Positions 27,194 to 35,432 of a DNA stretch of 55,203 bases are shown piece by piece. The notes under the pieces are model-generated. The model ran no database searches, was not told the DNA's origin, and was given only the letters and a program-made list of their open reading frames with translations. The translations under genes were made by a program, and so were the position numbers. Origin of the DNA: Alphaproteobacteria bacterium (GTDB taxonomy: Bacteria > Pseudomonadota > Alphaproteobacteria > Micavibrionales > Micavibrionaceae); the NCBI GenBank assembly GCA_049653045.1, contig JBASFN010000140.1:1-55203 (forward strand), given 5' to 3'. The stretch's first letter is position 1, and every line of letters starts with the position of its first letter.

Positions 27194-27952
27194 ATGGTTC
27201 TGGCTTTTCTGTTTTTTATGACTGCCCTGCTTTACGCCTGTATCGGATTTGGCGGCGGATCGACCTATAACGCGCTTTTGGTGCTGGGGGATACGAATTA
27301 TCAGCTGATCCCCCTTATTTCTCTCATGTGCAATATTGTGGTGGTTTCTGGGGGTGTATGGCATTTCTCAAGAGAGGGGCATATCCGGCTTCCCCGCATT
27401 GCGCCGTGGATTGTATTTTCCGTTCCGGCCTCCTTTGCAGGTGGGTTAATCCCGGTGCCAGAGGTTATTTTCACCGGAGTTTTGGGATTTGCGCTTCTGC
27501 TTTCAGGAATCAGGCTTTTATGGCCGGAGAAAGAAGACTCGTCATTTCCAAACCCAAAAGCAGCACAGCACAGGTTTATGCCTGCCATTTTTGGCACATC
27601 GCTGGGCTTGCTGGCCGGGATAACGGGGATTGGCGGCGGCATTTTTCTGGCGCCCGTCCTCCATTTTATGCGCTGGGGGAATGCCAAGCAGATCGCCGGA
27701 GCATGCGCGTTTTTTATTCTGGTCAATTCATTGGCAGGCCTTATCGGCCAGAGCCTGAAAATTGAGGATATTGCTTCATTCTCGGCTCTTTCTCCTTACT
27801 GGATTTTGCTGCCTGCGGTTTTAATCGGCGGACAGATCGGATCCTGGCTGGGCGCAGTGCAAATTAACATGTCCATGGTCAAGAAGATGACCGCACTGCT
27901 GATCCTTTATGTGTCAGTCCGGCTCATTATGAAATTTATTAGTATGCTTTAG
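27194..27952 (+). CDS. TauE/SafE-family anion exporter-like membrane protein
   Basis: 252 aa with about 7-8 TM segments. Repeated G-rich motifs (GFGGGSTY, GIGGGIFLAPVL) are typical of TauE/SafE. Confidence 0.75.
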   Translation: MVLAFLFFMTALLYACIGFGGGSTYNALLVLGDTNYQLIPLISLMCNIVVVSGGVWHFSREGHIRLPRIAPWIVFSVPASFAGGLIPVPEVIFTGVLGFALLLSGIRLLWPEKEDSSFPNPKAAQHRFMPAIFGTSLGLLAGITGIGGGIFLAPVLHFMRWGNAKQIAGACAFFILVNSLAGLIGQSLKIEDIASFSALSPYWILLPAVLIGGQIGSWLGAVQINMSMVKKMTALLILYVSVRLIMKFISML

Positions 27953-27975
27953 GCCAACAATCTACTTTTTTCGCC

Positions 27976-27989
27976 TTGATCTGAATCAA
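27976..27989. promoter_or_regulatory. FNR/CRP-type box TTGATCTGAATCAA upstream of PAS/MCP pair
   Basis: Perfect palindrome 56 nt before the ATG at 28046. Confidence 0.75.
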
Positions 27990-28045
27990 CCTCAATTCTT
28001 TTTTCTTCGCTCATAATGAACGACAGGAGCTTGTATGAGAAAGTT

Positions 28046-28597
28046 ATGACTGAAAATGTAAGAACGAAAAGGGCGCCAACCGGCGTTGAGCGGTTTTTCC
28101 GTGAAGATGAAGTGATCGTCAGCAAGACGGATCTTAAGGGTCGGCTTACATACGTCAATCGTGTTTTTATCAATATTTCGGGGTATCAGGAGCCGGAGCT
28201 TTTGGGTGAGCCACATAGCCTGATCCGCAATCCGGAAATGCCGCGTAGTGTGTTTAAGCTCCTCTGGGATACGATTGGCGCAGGCCGTGAGATTTTTGCC
28301 TATGTCAACAATATGAGTAAAAACGGCGATCATTATTGGGTACTGGCGCATGTCACGCCGTCCTTTGATAAAAATGGCCAGATTGTCGGCTATCATTCCA
28401 ACCGCCGCGTGCCCGACCGCGATGTCCTGAATTCTACCATCATTCCGCTCTACAAGGCTGTTCTTGAGGAAGAAAACCGGCATAAAAACGCCAAGGAGGG
28501 CATGAACAAGGGCTTTGAGATGTTGCTCGATGCCGTCAAGCAGAAAGGTATGAATTATGATGAACTTATCTTCGCTCTCCAGCGCAAGGCTGCTTAA
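28046..28597 (+). CDS. Aer-type (FAD-binding class) PAS domain protein
   Basis: [18 protein letters not shown]...[27 protein letters not shown]....[18 protein letters not shown] parallels the E. coli Aer PAS domain. The start at 28046 is chosen because the ATG at 28016 would lie upstream of a TSS positioned 41.5 nt from the box centre. Confidence 0.7.
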   Translation: MTENVRTKRAPTGVERFFREDEVIVSKTDLKGRLTYVNRVFINISGYQEPELLGEPHSLIRNPEMPRSVFKLLWDTIGAGREIFAYVNNMSKNGDHYWVLAHVTPSFDKNGQIVGYHSNRRVPDRDVLNSTIIPLYKAVLEEENRHKNAKEGMNKGFEMLLDAVKQKGMNYDELIFALQRKAA

Positions 28598-29873
28598 TGG
28601 CACTGCGCTGGTTGCATGCGTGCTAACCGGCGGCTTTTTGTTTTTTAGCGGATCCTGGATGGGGCTTGCAGGCGTTGGTTTGGTTGCAGCTTGTCAAGTG
28701 ATGGCTCTCCTTAAAATCAAAAAATCTGAATTTGAAATCGAACGAATGACCGAAACCGTCAGCGCACTTGCCAAGGGTGATTTTGAATCACGCCTGACCA
28801 ACATCACGGAAAAAGGGGAATTTGGCGAATTTCAATGGAAGCTGAATGAGATGGTCGATACTGTGGATTCCTTCATCCGCGAGGCTACCGCCGCCATGGA
28901 ACATGTGAGTCGCAATCAGTATTTTCGCCGTATTCTGGAAGCCGGAATGCATGGTAATCTTCTGAACGGTGCGCGGATTATCAACCGTGCCGCGCACAAT
29001 GTCGAAGACAAAATGAACGGGTTTGTGAATGTAGCAAACGATCTTGATACGTCCTTGACCGAAGTCGTTCAGCAGATTAATGCGACGGCAAAGACGCTGG
29101 AGAGCAGCGCGGGAACGATGCAAAATTCTGTTTCTATAACTTCTCACGGTGCTGATGCTGCCATGCGTAGTTCTGACAGCGCCTCGATGAGTGTGCAGAC
29201 GATATCCGCCGCTGCAGAAGAAATGTCGAGTTGCATTGCCGAGATTACCCAGCAGATGAACAAAACCTCCTCTATCTCCAGAATGGCCGTTGAAGAATCT
29301 GCTGCCGCCACACAAACCATTGCTGAACTTTCACAAATGGCCGATAAAATTGGTGAAGTGGTCAGTATGATCGAAGATATTGCAGGACAAACAAATCTTC
29401 TGGCGCTCAATGCCACGATTGAAGCTGCGCGCGCGGGCGAAGCCGGAAAAGGCTTTGCTGTTGTGGCCAGCGAAGTTAAGGAACTGGCAGGGCAAACCAG
29501 CAAGGCCACCGAAGAGATTGCAGGCCTCGTGACCAGTATACGGGGATCCGTTAGTAATGTTGTCAAAACATTTACTTCAATTGGTTCTGTTATATCGGAG
29601 GTCAACGAAGCTGCTACAGCTGTTGCTGCCGCGATTGAGGAGCAAAGTGCGGCCTCCAAGGAAATTGCAAACAGTGCAGAGCATGCGTCCGCTGGAACGC
29701 ACGGCGTTGCAGGAAATGTCCGCGATATCAATCAAAGTATGGCGCAGGTCGGACAAGCGGCTAATGATGTCATGCAGGCAACAGGTGAACTTTCGGGGCA
29801 GGCCGTGAAACGCGTACATCTGCTGCTCGATAAAATGGGTGCGTTTATGACGGAGCTGAAGAAAATTGCTTAA
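28557..29873 (+). CDS. methyl-accepting chemotaxis protein (TM hairpin-HAMP-signalling domain)
   Basis: A TM hairpin and HAMP domain are followed by the highly conserved signalling tip [36 protein letters not shown]. It overlaps the PAS ORF by 41 nt in another frame. Confidence 0.85.
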   Translation: MMNLSSLSSARLLNGTALVACVLTGGFLFFSGSWMGLAGVGLVAACQVMALLKIKKSEFEIERMTETVSALAKGDFESRLTNITEKGEFGEFQWKLNEMVDTVDSFIREATAAMEHVSRNQYFRRILEAGMHGNLLNGARIINRAAHNVEDKMNGFVNVANDLDTSLTEVVQQINATAKTLESSAGTMQNSVSITSHGADAAMRSSDSASMSVQTISAAAEEMSSCIAEITQQMNKTSSISRMAVEESAAATQTIAELSQMADKIGEVVSMIEDIAGQTNLLALNATIEAARAGEAGKGFAVVASEVKELAGQTSKATEEIAGLVTSIRGSVSNVVKTFTSIGSVISEVNEAATAVAAAIEEQSAASKEIANSAEHASAGTHGVAGNVRDINQSMAQVGQAANDVMQATGELSGQAVKRVHLLLDKMGAFMTELKKIA

Positions 29874-29881
29874 AGAGTTAT

Positions 29882-30238
29882 ATGCAGACGATATTGAAAA
29901 TTTTAGGTTTTATCTTCTTGGCCTTGGGGATCATAGGAATTGTATTGCCCTTATTGCCAACAACACCTTTTTTACTATTAAGCGCATTTTGTTTTGCAAG
30001 GTCTTCTGAAAAACTGCACGCGTGGCTTTTGTGCCACCCTTCTTTTGGTCCGGCTATAATAGACTGGAGAGAGAACGGGAGTATCAGTAAACGGAATAAG
30101 ACTTACGCTATAGTGACAATATTAATAACCTTCTTGTTGAGCGTCATTTTAGAAGTGCCGTTAGTAGTAATTTTAATTCAGATGACAGTACTCAGCATTG
30201 TTTCTCTATTTATTCTGACGCGTCCCCAAAACAGCTAA
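29882..30238 (+). CDS. YbaN/DUF454 family inner-membrane protein
   Basis: 118 aa. The pattern GIIGIVLPLLPTTPFLLLSAFCFARSS..LH.WL is typical of YbaN. Confidence 0.7.
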   Translation: MQTILKILGFIFLALGIIGIVLPLLPTTPFLLLSAFCFARSSEKLHAWLLCHPSFGPAIIDWRENGSISKRNKTYAIVTILITFLLSVILEVPLVVILIQMTVLSIVSLFILTRPQNS

Positions 30239-31286
30239 CCCACGCTTCATAGCCGCCAGACAAGCTGTAAACGTCTAAATATCCTTGCGCCTTAAGAATT
30301 TGTGCGGCTTGCAGGCTGCGCATGCCTTTTTGACAATGCAGGATAATTTCCGTCTCTTGCGGCAAATCAGGCAGATCACCCGCCATTATTTTTGAAAGAG
30401 GCCAGAGCTGCGCTTCATCAATATGCCCCTGATCCCATTCTTCCTGCTCACGCACATCAATCAGGCAGAAATTAGTTCTGCTACGCGCCTGCTGCGGCGT
30501 TAATTCCGGCACAAACCCGCAAACAGGCGAACTGTAGGCAAGGACAACATCATCTCGTTTTTTACTGCAGGCCGGGCAGTCAGGGTTTTTGGGAATGTTC
30601 AAAATGCGTGTTTGCATCGTTTTGGTATCCAGCGTCCAGAGCTTGCCGATCAAAGGCTCAAAACTTTCATGCCCTGTGACGAGTTGAATAACCTGCAAAG
30701 CCTGCGTTACGCCAATAAGGCCAGCGACAGCGCCAATCACGCCGCCTTCCGCACAATTGGCGATACGTGCCTTGGGTTTTTCCGGATAAAGACATCGATA
30801 ACAAGGGCCTGTTTGTGCATCGAACACGCTGGCCTGACCATCGAACCCCTGAATTGCCCCATAAATCCATGGTTTTTTGTACTTTACAGCAGCATCGTTA
30901 ATCAAAAATTTTGTTTCGAAATTATCGGTGCCATCAAGGATGATATCGTAAGCCTGAAATAAATCCGCCGCATTTTCCGCATTTAATTCATCTTCATAAA
31001 TTGTGATCTCTATTTCAGGATTGAGGGCATGCAATCGTTCCTTGGCTTGAACGGCTTTGGGCTGACCAACGCCATCCGTTGTAAATAAAACCTGCCGCTG
31101 CAAGTTGCTTTCATCAACCCTGTCAAAATCAATGATCCCAATATGTCCTATGCCCGCCGCCGCCAGATACAAAAGTGCCGGAGAGCCAAGCCCGCCAGCG
31201 CCGACGCATAGTACACGGGCGCGGGCAATCTTCTCTTGTCCGTCAAGGCCAATTTCAGGCAGGGTTATTTGTCGTTTATAGCGCAT
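30210..31286 (-). CDS. moeB: molybdopterin-synthase adenylyltransferase MoeB/ThiF family with C-terminal rhodanese domain (MoeZ-like)
   Basis: Contains RYKRQI.LPEIG..GQEKI....VLCVGAGGLGSP, CxxC pairs, and the C-terminal rhodanese active-site loop HCQKGMRS. Confidence 0.85.
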   Translation of the reverse strand: MRYKRQITLPEIGLDGQEKIARARVLCVGAGGLGSPALLYLAAAGIGHIGIIDFDRVDESNLQRQVLFTTDGVGQPKAVQAKERLHALNPEIEITIYEDELNAENAADLFQAYDIILDGTDNFETKFLINDAAVKYKKPWIYGAIQGFDGQASVFDAQTGPCYRCLYPEKPKARIANCAEGGVIGAVAGLIGVTQALQVIQLVTGHESFEPLIGKLWTLDTKTMQTRILNIPKNPDCPACSKKRDDVVLAYSSPVCGFVPELTPQQARSRTNFCLIDVREQEEWDQGHIDEAQLWPLSKIMAGDLPDLPQETEIILHCQKGMRSLQAAQILKAQGYLDVYSLSGGYEAWVSCFGDASE

Positions 31287-31431
31287 GATTTTTTATATTA
31301 TTCTGTAAGTATTGAGCTAACGGCTTATTCTTATCATTCTTTATTGATTTTCAATACAATTCTCTGTCCGTAACTTGCATCAGAGCTGTGAAAATATTGG
31401 ATAGTGATAGTTATCAATCTTTAAACAAATA

Positions 31432-31482
31432 GTACAAATTGTAAATTGAATTGACAATTTGTACCAATTACGATAAATTGGT
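31432..31482. promoter_or_regulatory. two adjacent palindromes upstream of the DUF4143 ATPase gene
   Basis: The first is GTACAAATTGT-N11-ACAATTTGTAC (31432-31464). The second is ACCAATT-N6-AATTGGT (31463-31482), which ends 3 nt before the ATG. Confidence 0.3.
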
Positions 31483-31485
31483 TTC

Positions 31486-32667
31486 ATGAGTTTTATCCCG
31501 CGAAACGCAGAGAAAGTGTTAAAAAAACTGGCGCGCAGCTATCCGGCTGTTGTCGTCACAGGGCCGCGTCAATCGGGCAAAACAACCTTAACTCAGGCTG
31601 TCTTCTCTGATAAGCCATATGTATCGCTCGAGGATCTCGATATGCGGGAGTTTGCCAATACTGATCCGCGCGGTTTTCTGGCTCAATATCCAAAAGGCGC
31701 CATTCTGGATGAGGTGCAGCGTTGCCCTGATCTTTTCTCCTATCTGCAAACCCGTTTGGATGCTGATAAAAAAATGGGGCAATTCATCCTGACGGGCTCT
31801 CAGCAGTTTGGATTAATTTCGGGCATCTCACAAAGCCTTGCGGGCCGAACAGCCAAACTATCTCTGTTACCGTTCAGTTTGCAGGAATTACAGCATGCAG
31901 GCAAAGCACCTAAGAAACTGGAAGATTTGTTGTTCAAGGGTTTATATCCCCCGATTTATGACCGTAAGCTTGAAGCCGGTATATGGCATGCGAATTATAT
32001 CAATACCTATATTGAGCGCGATGTACGCCAGATCATCAATGTACGTGATCTAAGCACCTTTCAGCGTTTTGTGCGTATGTGCGCCGCCAGAACAGGGCAG
32101 ATTTTAAAACTGTCTGATCTTGCAGGGGATTGCGGCATTACACACAACACAGCGAAGTCATGGGTGTCCGTGCTAGAGGCCAGCTATATTATTCATCTTC
32201 TCCAGCCACATCATAAGAATTTTGATAAGCGTCTTATAAAGTCACCAAAGCTGTATTTTTATGATACTGGTCTTGCGGCCTGGCTTCTCAATATTCAAAC
32301 GCCTGAGCAATTGGCGACACATCCGGCGCGGGGGCATTTGTTTGAAACATGGGCTGTATCTGAGATGATAAAATATCGTTATAATCAGGCTCTGGGATCC
32401 AATCTATATTTCTGGCGGGATCATAAGGGGCAAGAGGTTGATGTTATAATCGAGCAGGCAAGCACGCTTTTGCCGGTTGAAATAAAATCCGGACAGACTG
32501 TGGCTCGTGATTTTTTTGACGGCCTTAAGAAATTTAAGAAGATTGCCGGTAAAGAGTCTGGCCAGGGAACCCTCATTTACGGTGGTGCTGGGTCACATAC
32601 GCGAGAGGAATTTAACGTCATCGGGTGGCAGGACATTGAGAGTATTGCAAAAAATCTGGGAACATAA
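31486..32667 (+). CDS. AAA-family ATPase with DUF4143 C-terminal domain
   Basis: Walker A is VVTGPRQSGKTTL and Walker B-like is AILDEVQ. The overall AAA_14 + DUF4143 pattern fits at 393 aa. Confidence 0.8.
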   Translation: MSFIPRNAEKVLKKLARSYPAVVVTGPRQSGKTTLTQAVFSDKPYVSLEDLDMREFANTDPRGFLAQYPKGAILDEVQRCPDLFSYLQTRLDADKKMGQFILTGSQQFGLISGISQSLAGRTAKLSLLPFSLQELQHAGKAPKKLEDLLFKGLYPPIYDRKLEAGIWHANYINTYIERDVRQIINVRDLSTFQRFVRMCAARTGQILKLSDLAGDCGITHNTAKSWVSVLEASYIIHLLQPHHKNFDKRLIKSPKLYFYDTGLAAWLLNIQTPEQLATHPARGHLFETWAVSEMIKYRYNQALGSNLYFWRDHKGQEVDVIIEQASTLLPVEIKSGQTVARDFFDGLKKFKKIAGKESGQGTLIYGGAGSHTREEFNVIGWQDIESIAKNLGT

Positions 32668-32814
32668 AGTCCGTTTCATGGGACACTGGTGGGACAGTTG
32701 GCGACAAAAAGGGGCAATAATTTACAGCTTACGACAAAAGCGGTTCTGCGCTAACCGTTTGATTTATTTATTGTATTTTGCTTTGATGTGTTGTCACTAT
32801 TTGCCAGAATCACG

Positions 32815-32859
32815 CTCATAACCTGAAGGTCGTCAGTTCAAATCTGGCCCCCGCAACCA
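32815..32859 (+). other. 3' fragment of initiator tRNA-Met (anticodon loop to CCA), an att-like relic
   Basis: CTCATAACCTGAAGGTCGTCAGTTCAAATCTGGCCCCCGCAACCA matches the 3' 45 nt of bacterial tRNA-fMet, with compensatory T-stem changes. The upstream sequence has no D-arm or acceptor 5' half. Confidence 0.75.
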
Positions 32860-33208
32860 GCTTCCCCTGCGACTTTGATGTCGCAGAGAAGTCTTCGGAA
32901 TTTACAAAGGCTTGTGCCCTTTCTATCAGGGCTTGCCTGTCCCATTCCGAAGTTTTCTTCTCCGCAGAAATTGTCAGAATACCGGCCAGATCGCCATGAA
33001 GGTCGATCATCAGCTCTTTGCTGCCTATTTTGGGGGACAGCACGATCTTATCCACCAGTGACCGCAGCATCTTTGCCACCTGGCTACGGTGTTCCTCTGA
33101 GCGGAACGACCGCACCAGCGATTGAACCTCCTGCTGGTAACGCTGAACCATGCAGCCAAGGGGCTGTAACCCTTGGCAATCCCTCTTATGTGGCATGGCA
33201 GTAACCAA
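32860..33208 (-). pseudogene. remnant of a recombinase gene (probable serine-recombinase C-terminal region)
   Basis: The segment ...MLRSLVDKIVLSPKIGSKELMIDLHGDLAGILTI... recalls the C-terminal region of resolvase/large serine recombinases (from memory). There is no catalytic N-terminal domain. The tail of the ORF-track ORF (GARFELTTFRL) is only an antisense translation of the tRNA fragment. Confidence 0.4.
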
Positions 33209-33276
33209 ATATTGATTTAACGTCCATTATAATATACATTAGCATATATAGCGATATTAATAGTGGACATTATGCC

Positions 33277-33630
33277 ATGAAAACCAGTCAAACAGCCACC
33301 ACATTGCCCATTCCGGTAGGCCGTGCGCTTCGCAAGCTCGGAAGCGACATCCGCGACGCCCGGTTGCGGCGGCGGATTCCCGTGGCTGTCATGGCAGAGC
33401 GGGCATCCATCAGCCGCATGACACTCAGCAAAATTGAGAAAGGCGAACCGGGTGCGTCCATCGGAGCCTATGCCACGGTGCTATTCGTACTGGGCATGGT
33501 AGAGCGTCTGGGGACGCTGGCGGATGTGACACAGGATGTTGTCGGGCTGGAACTGGATGAAGAACGCCTGCCGCAGCGCATCCGCCCAAGGAAACATAAC
33601 GCGCGCAAATCCAAACCGGCAAAGGATTAG
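33277..33630 (+). CDS. hipB: XRE-family HTH antitoxin HipB-like
   Basis: The HTH segment is RIPVAVMAERASISRMTLSKIEKG. It lies 4 nt upstream of the hipA-like gene and is GC-rich like hipA. Confidence 0.8.
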   Translation: MKTSQTATTLPIPVGRALRKLGSDIRDARLRRRIPVAVMAERASISRMTLSKIEKGEPGASIGAYATVLFVLGMVERLGTLADVTQDVVGLELDEERLPQRIRPRKHNARKSKPAKD

Positions 33631-33633
33631 GAC

Positions 33634-34860
33634 ATGGAAAAAGAAATCTTCGTTTATGTGGATTTGAACGGCGCACCGCTTCTGGCAGGGCGGCTCTGGA
33701 CACGCACACGCAAAAACCGGGAAAGCGCCACCTTTGAATATGATGAAGGCTGGCTGGCCACCCCTGAGCGTTTCGCTCTCGACCCGGTATTAACGCTTGG
33801 CCCCGGCCCGTTTCATACACCGTCCGACCGTGCTTTATTCGGTGCACTGGGCGATTCCGCGCCCGACCGCTGGGGGCGCGTACTCATGCGCCGCGCCGAG
33901 CGCAGGCGGGCGGAGCAGGCCGGGGAAACACCGCGCACCTTGCAGGAGATCGACTATCTGCTGATGGTTTATGACGAAGCCCGTCAGGGCGCGTTGCGAT
34001 TCTCGGAAACCGAAGGCGGGCCGTTTCTGGCGACTGAGGGAGCCAGACGCATTCCGCCGCTGCTGGAACTGCCAAGGCTGCTTTCGGCGGTGGAGCATGT
34101 GGCAACGGAAACCGATACGGACGAGGATTTGCGTTTGCTGCTGGCTCCCGGCTCATCGCTGGGCGGCGCTCGCCCGAAAGCCTCTGTACGTGACCGCGAC
34201 GGGCATTTGAGCATCGCTAAATTCCTGCATAAGGACGATGAAATCAACACCGTGCGCTGGGAGGCCGTCGCCCTGACGCTGGCGAAGAAAGCCGGATTAT
34301 CGGTGACGAACTGGCGGCTTGAAACCGTCGCCGAAAAGCCCGTCCTGCTGCTGCGACGCTTCGACCGGCAGGGAACAACCCGCATTCCCTATCTCTCCGC
34401 CATGAGTATGTTGGGCGCGAAGGATAATGAAACGCACAGCTACCTTGAAATCGTGGATACGCTGCGCCGCTATGGGGCATCGCCCAAAGACGATATAAAG
34501 CTGCTCTGGCGGCGCATCGTGTTCAACATCCTGATTGCCAACACCGACGATCATTTGCGGAACCACTGATTTCTGTATACCGGGCCTGAGGGCTGGCGGC
34601 TGGCTCCGGCCTATGACCTTAATCCGGTGCCGCTCGATATTCGCCCAAAAATCCTCACCACCACGATTACCGAGGATGACGGCACGGCTTCGCTGGAACT
34701 GGCCAGAGAAGTGGCAGGGTATTTTGAACTGAAATCGGCCGAGGCGGAAGCGATTATAGCGGAAGTGAAAACAGCGGTATCAGCGTGGCGGCAGGAAGCC
34801 GCAAGGCTGGGCCTGACCTCCGCCGAGATTGAGCGTATGGCACCGGCGTTCAGCGTGTAA
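33634..34860 (+). pseudogene. hipA: HipA-family kinase toxin interrupted by a single in-frame TGA
   Basis: The HipA N-terminal and catalytic regions are present (LGDSAPDRWG, GSSLGGARPKA, NTDDHLRNH). A TGA at 34567-34569 sits where the family has Gly (DDHLRNH-G-FL). The same frame then continues FLYTGPEGWRLAPAYDLNP... to 34860. Confidence 0.85.
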
Positions 34861-35074
34861 CGCTGGCGTAGTTCATGACTGATCGTTTCCAGTGAGGCCA
34901 GCGCGTTACGGCGCTGGTGGCTCGCCCTCGCTCCCGCAAGGGTCTGGCCATGCACATCGAAAATTTTCCATATTCTATAATATGTTCTATCTGTGTGTTT
35001 CTATTTATAGTTGCATTTTACAGATTTGCGCCTTATTATAACTTGCTCAAAAAACATAAGTGTGGGGAAAGTCG

Positions 35075-35383
35075 ATGAGAGGATTTATATCTCTAATTAT
35101 TGCCGCAGGGTTTATTTTCATCGGTATAGCTCATGCGAGCCCCGAAAAAGATCGAGGCGTTGTTCAGTCAAACAAATGTGAGCAGTCAGTCGATCTTCTT
35201 AAAGCTACCGAAAGCACAATATCCACAGCCCCAGAACAGCAATGCCTCAAAGCAGACGAAAACGGCGAAGAGAAACTTGCCGGTCGCGGGTGCTGTTCCT
35301 GGCACGGCGGCGTGTGTGGCTGTTCGTCTTCAGGCAGAGCCGTCTGCTGTGATGGAGTTTTGAGCCCATCTTGTGGCTGTTAA
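35075..35383 (+). CDS. secreted Cys-rich protein (DUF3761-like CSxHGGV motif)
   Basis: The signal peptide is MRGFISLIIAAGFIFIGIAHA. The C-terminus GRGCCSWHGGVCGCSSSGRAVCCDGVLSPSCGC has 9 Cys in 33 residues. A GGGGAAAG Shine-Dalgarno precedes the ATG at 35075. Confidence 0.6.
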   Translation: MRGFISLIIAAGFIFIGIAHASPEKDRGVVQSNKCEQSVDLLKATESTISTAPEQQCLKADENGEEKLAGRGCCSWHGGVCGCSSSGRAVCCDGVLSPSCGC

Positions 35384-35432
35384 AAAATATTTTAGAGAAT
35401 AGACTATAAAGCGTTAGAAGGGGTTGCAGAGA

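Noticed and set aside
31363-31377. TTGATTTTCAATAC upstream of moeB as an eighth FNR box
   Set aside because: The right half-site (AATAC) does not match ATCAA. Only the left half is conserved, so it is not counted.
32816-32859. C-terminal residues GARFELTTFRL of ORF 32816-33208 as genuine protein sequence
   Set aside because: This stretch is the antisense translation of the tRNA-fMet fragment. I therefore end the recombinase-remnant annotation at the tRNA boundary.
33222-33273. Possible HipB operator (GTCCA...TGGAC, and repeated CCATTAT/ACATTAT) upstream of hipB
   Set aside because: The half-sites are only 5 bp in a very AT-rich stretch and are not convincingly symmetric. This cannot be distinguished from chance without comparative data.
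34567-34569. In-frame TGA in hipA read as selenocysteine or programmed readthrough
   Set aside because: The aligned family residue is Gly, not Cys/Sec. No SECIS-like hairpin is evident immediately downstream. A simple GGA-to-TGA nonsense mutation is the parsimonious reading.
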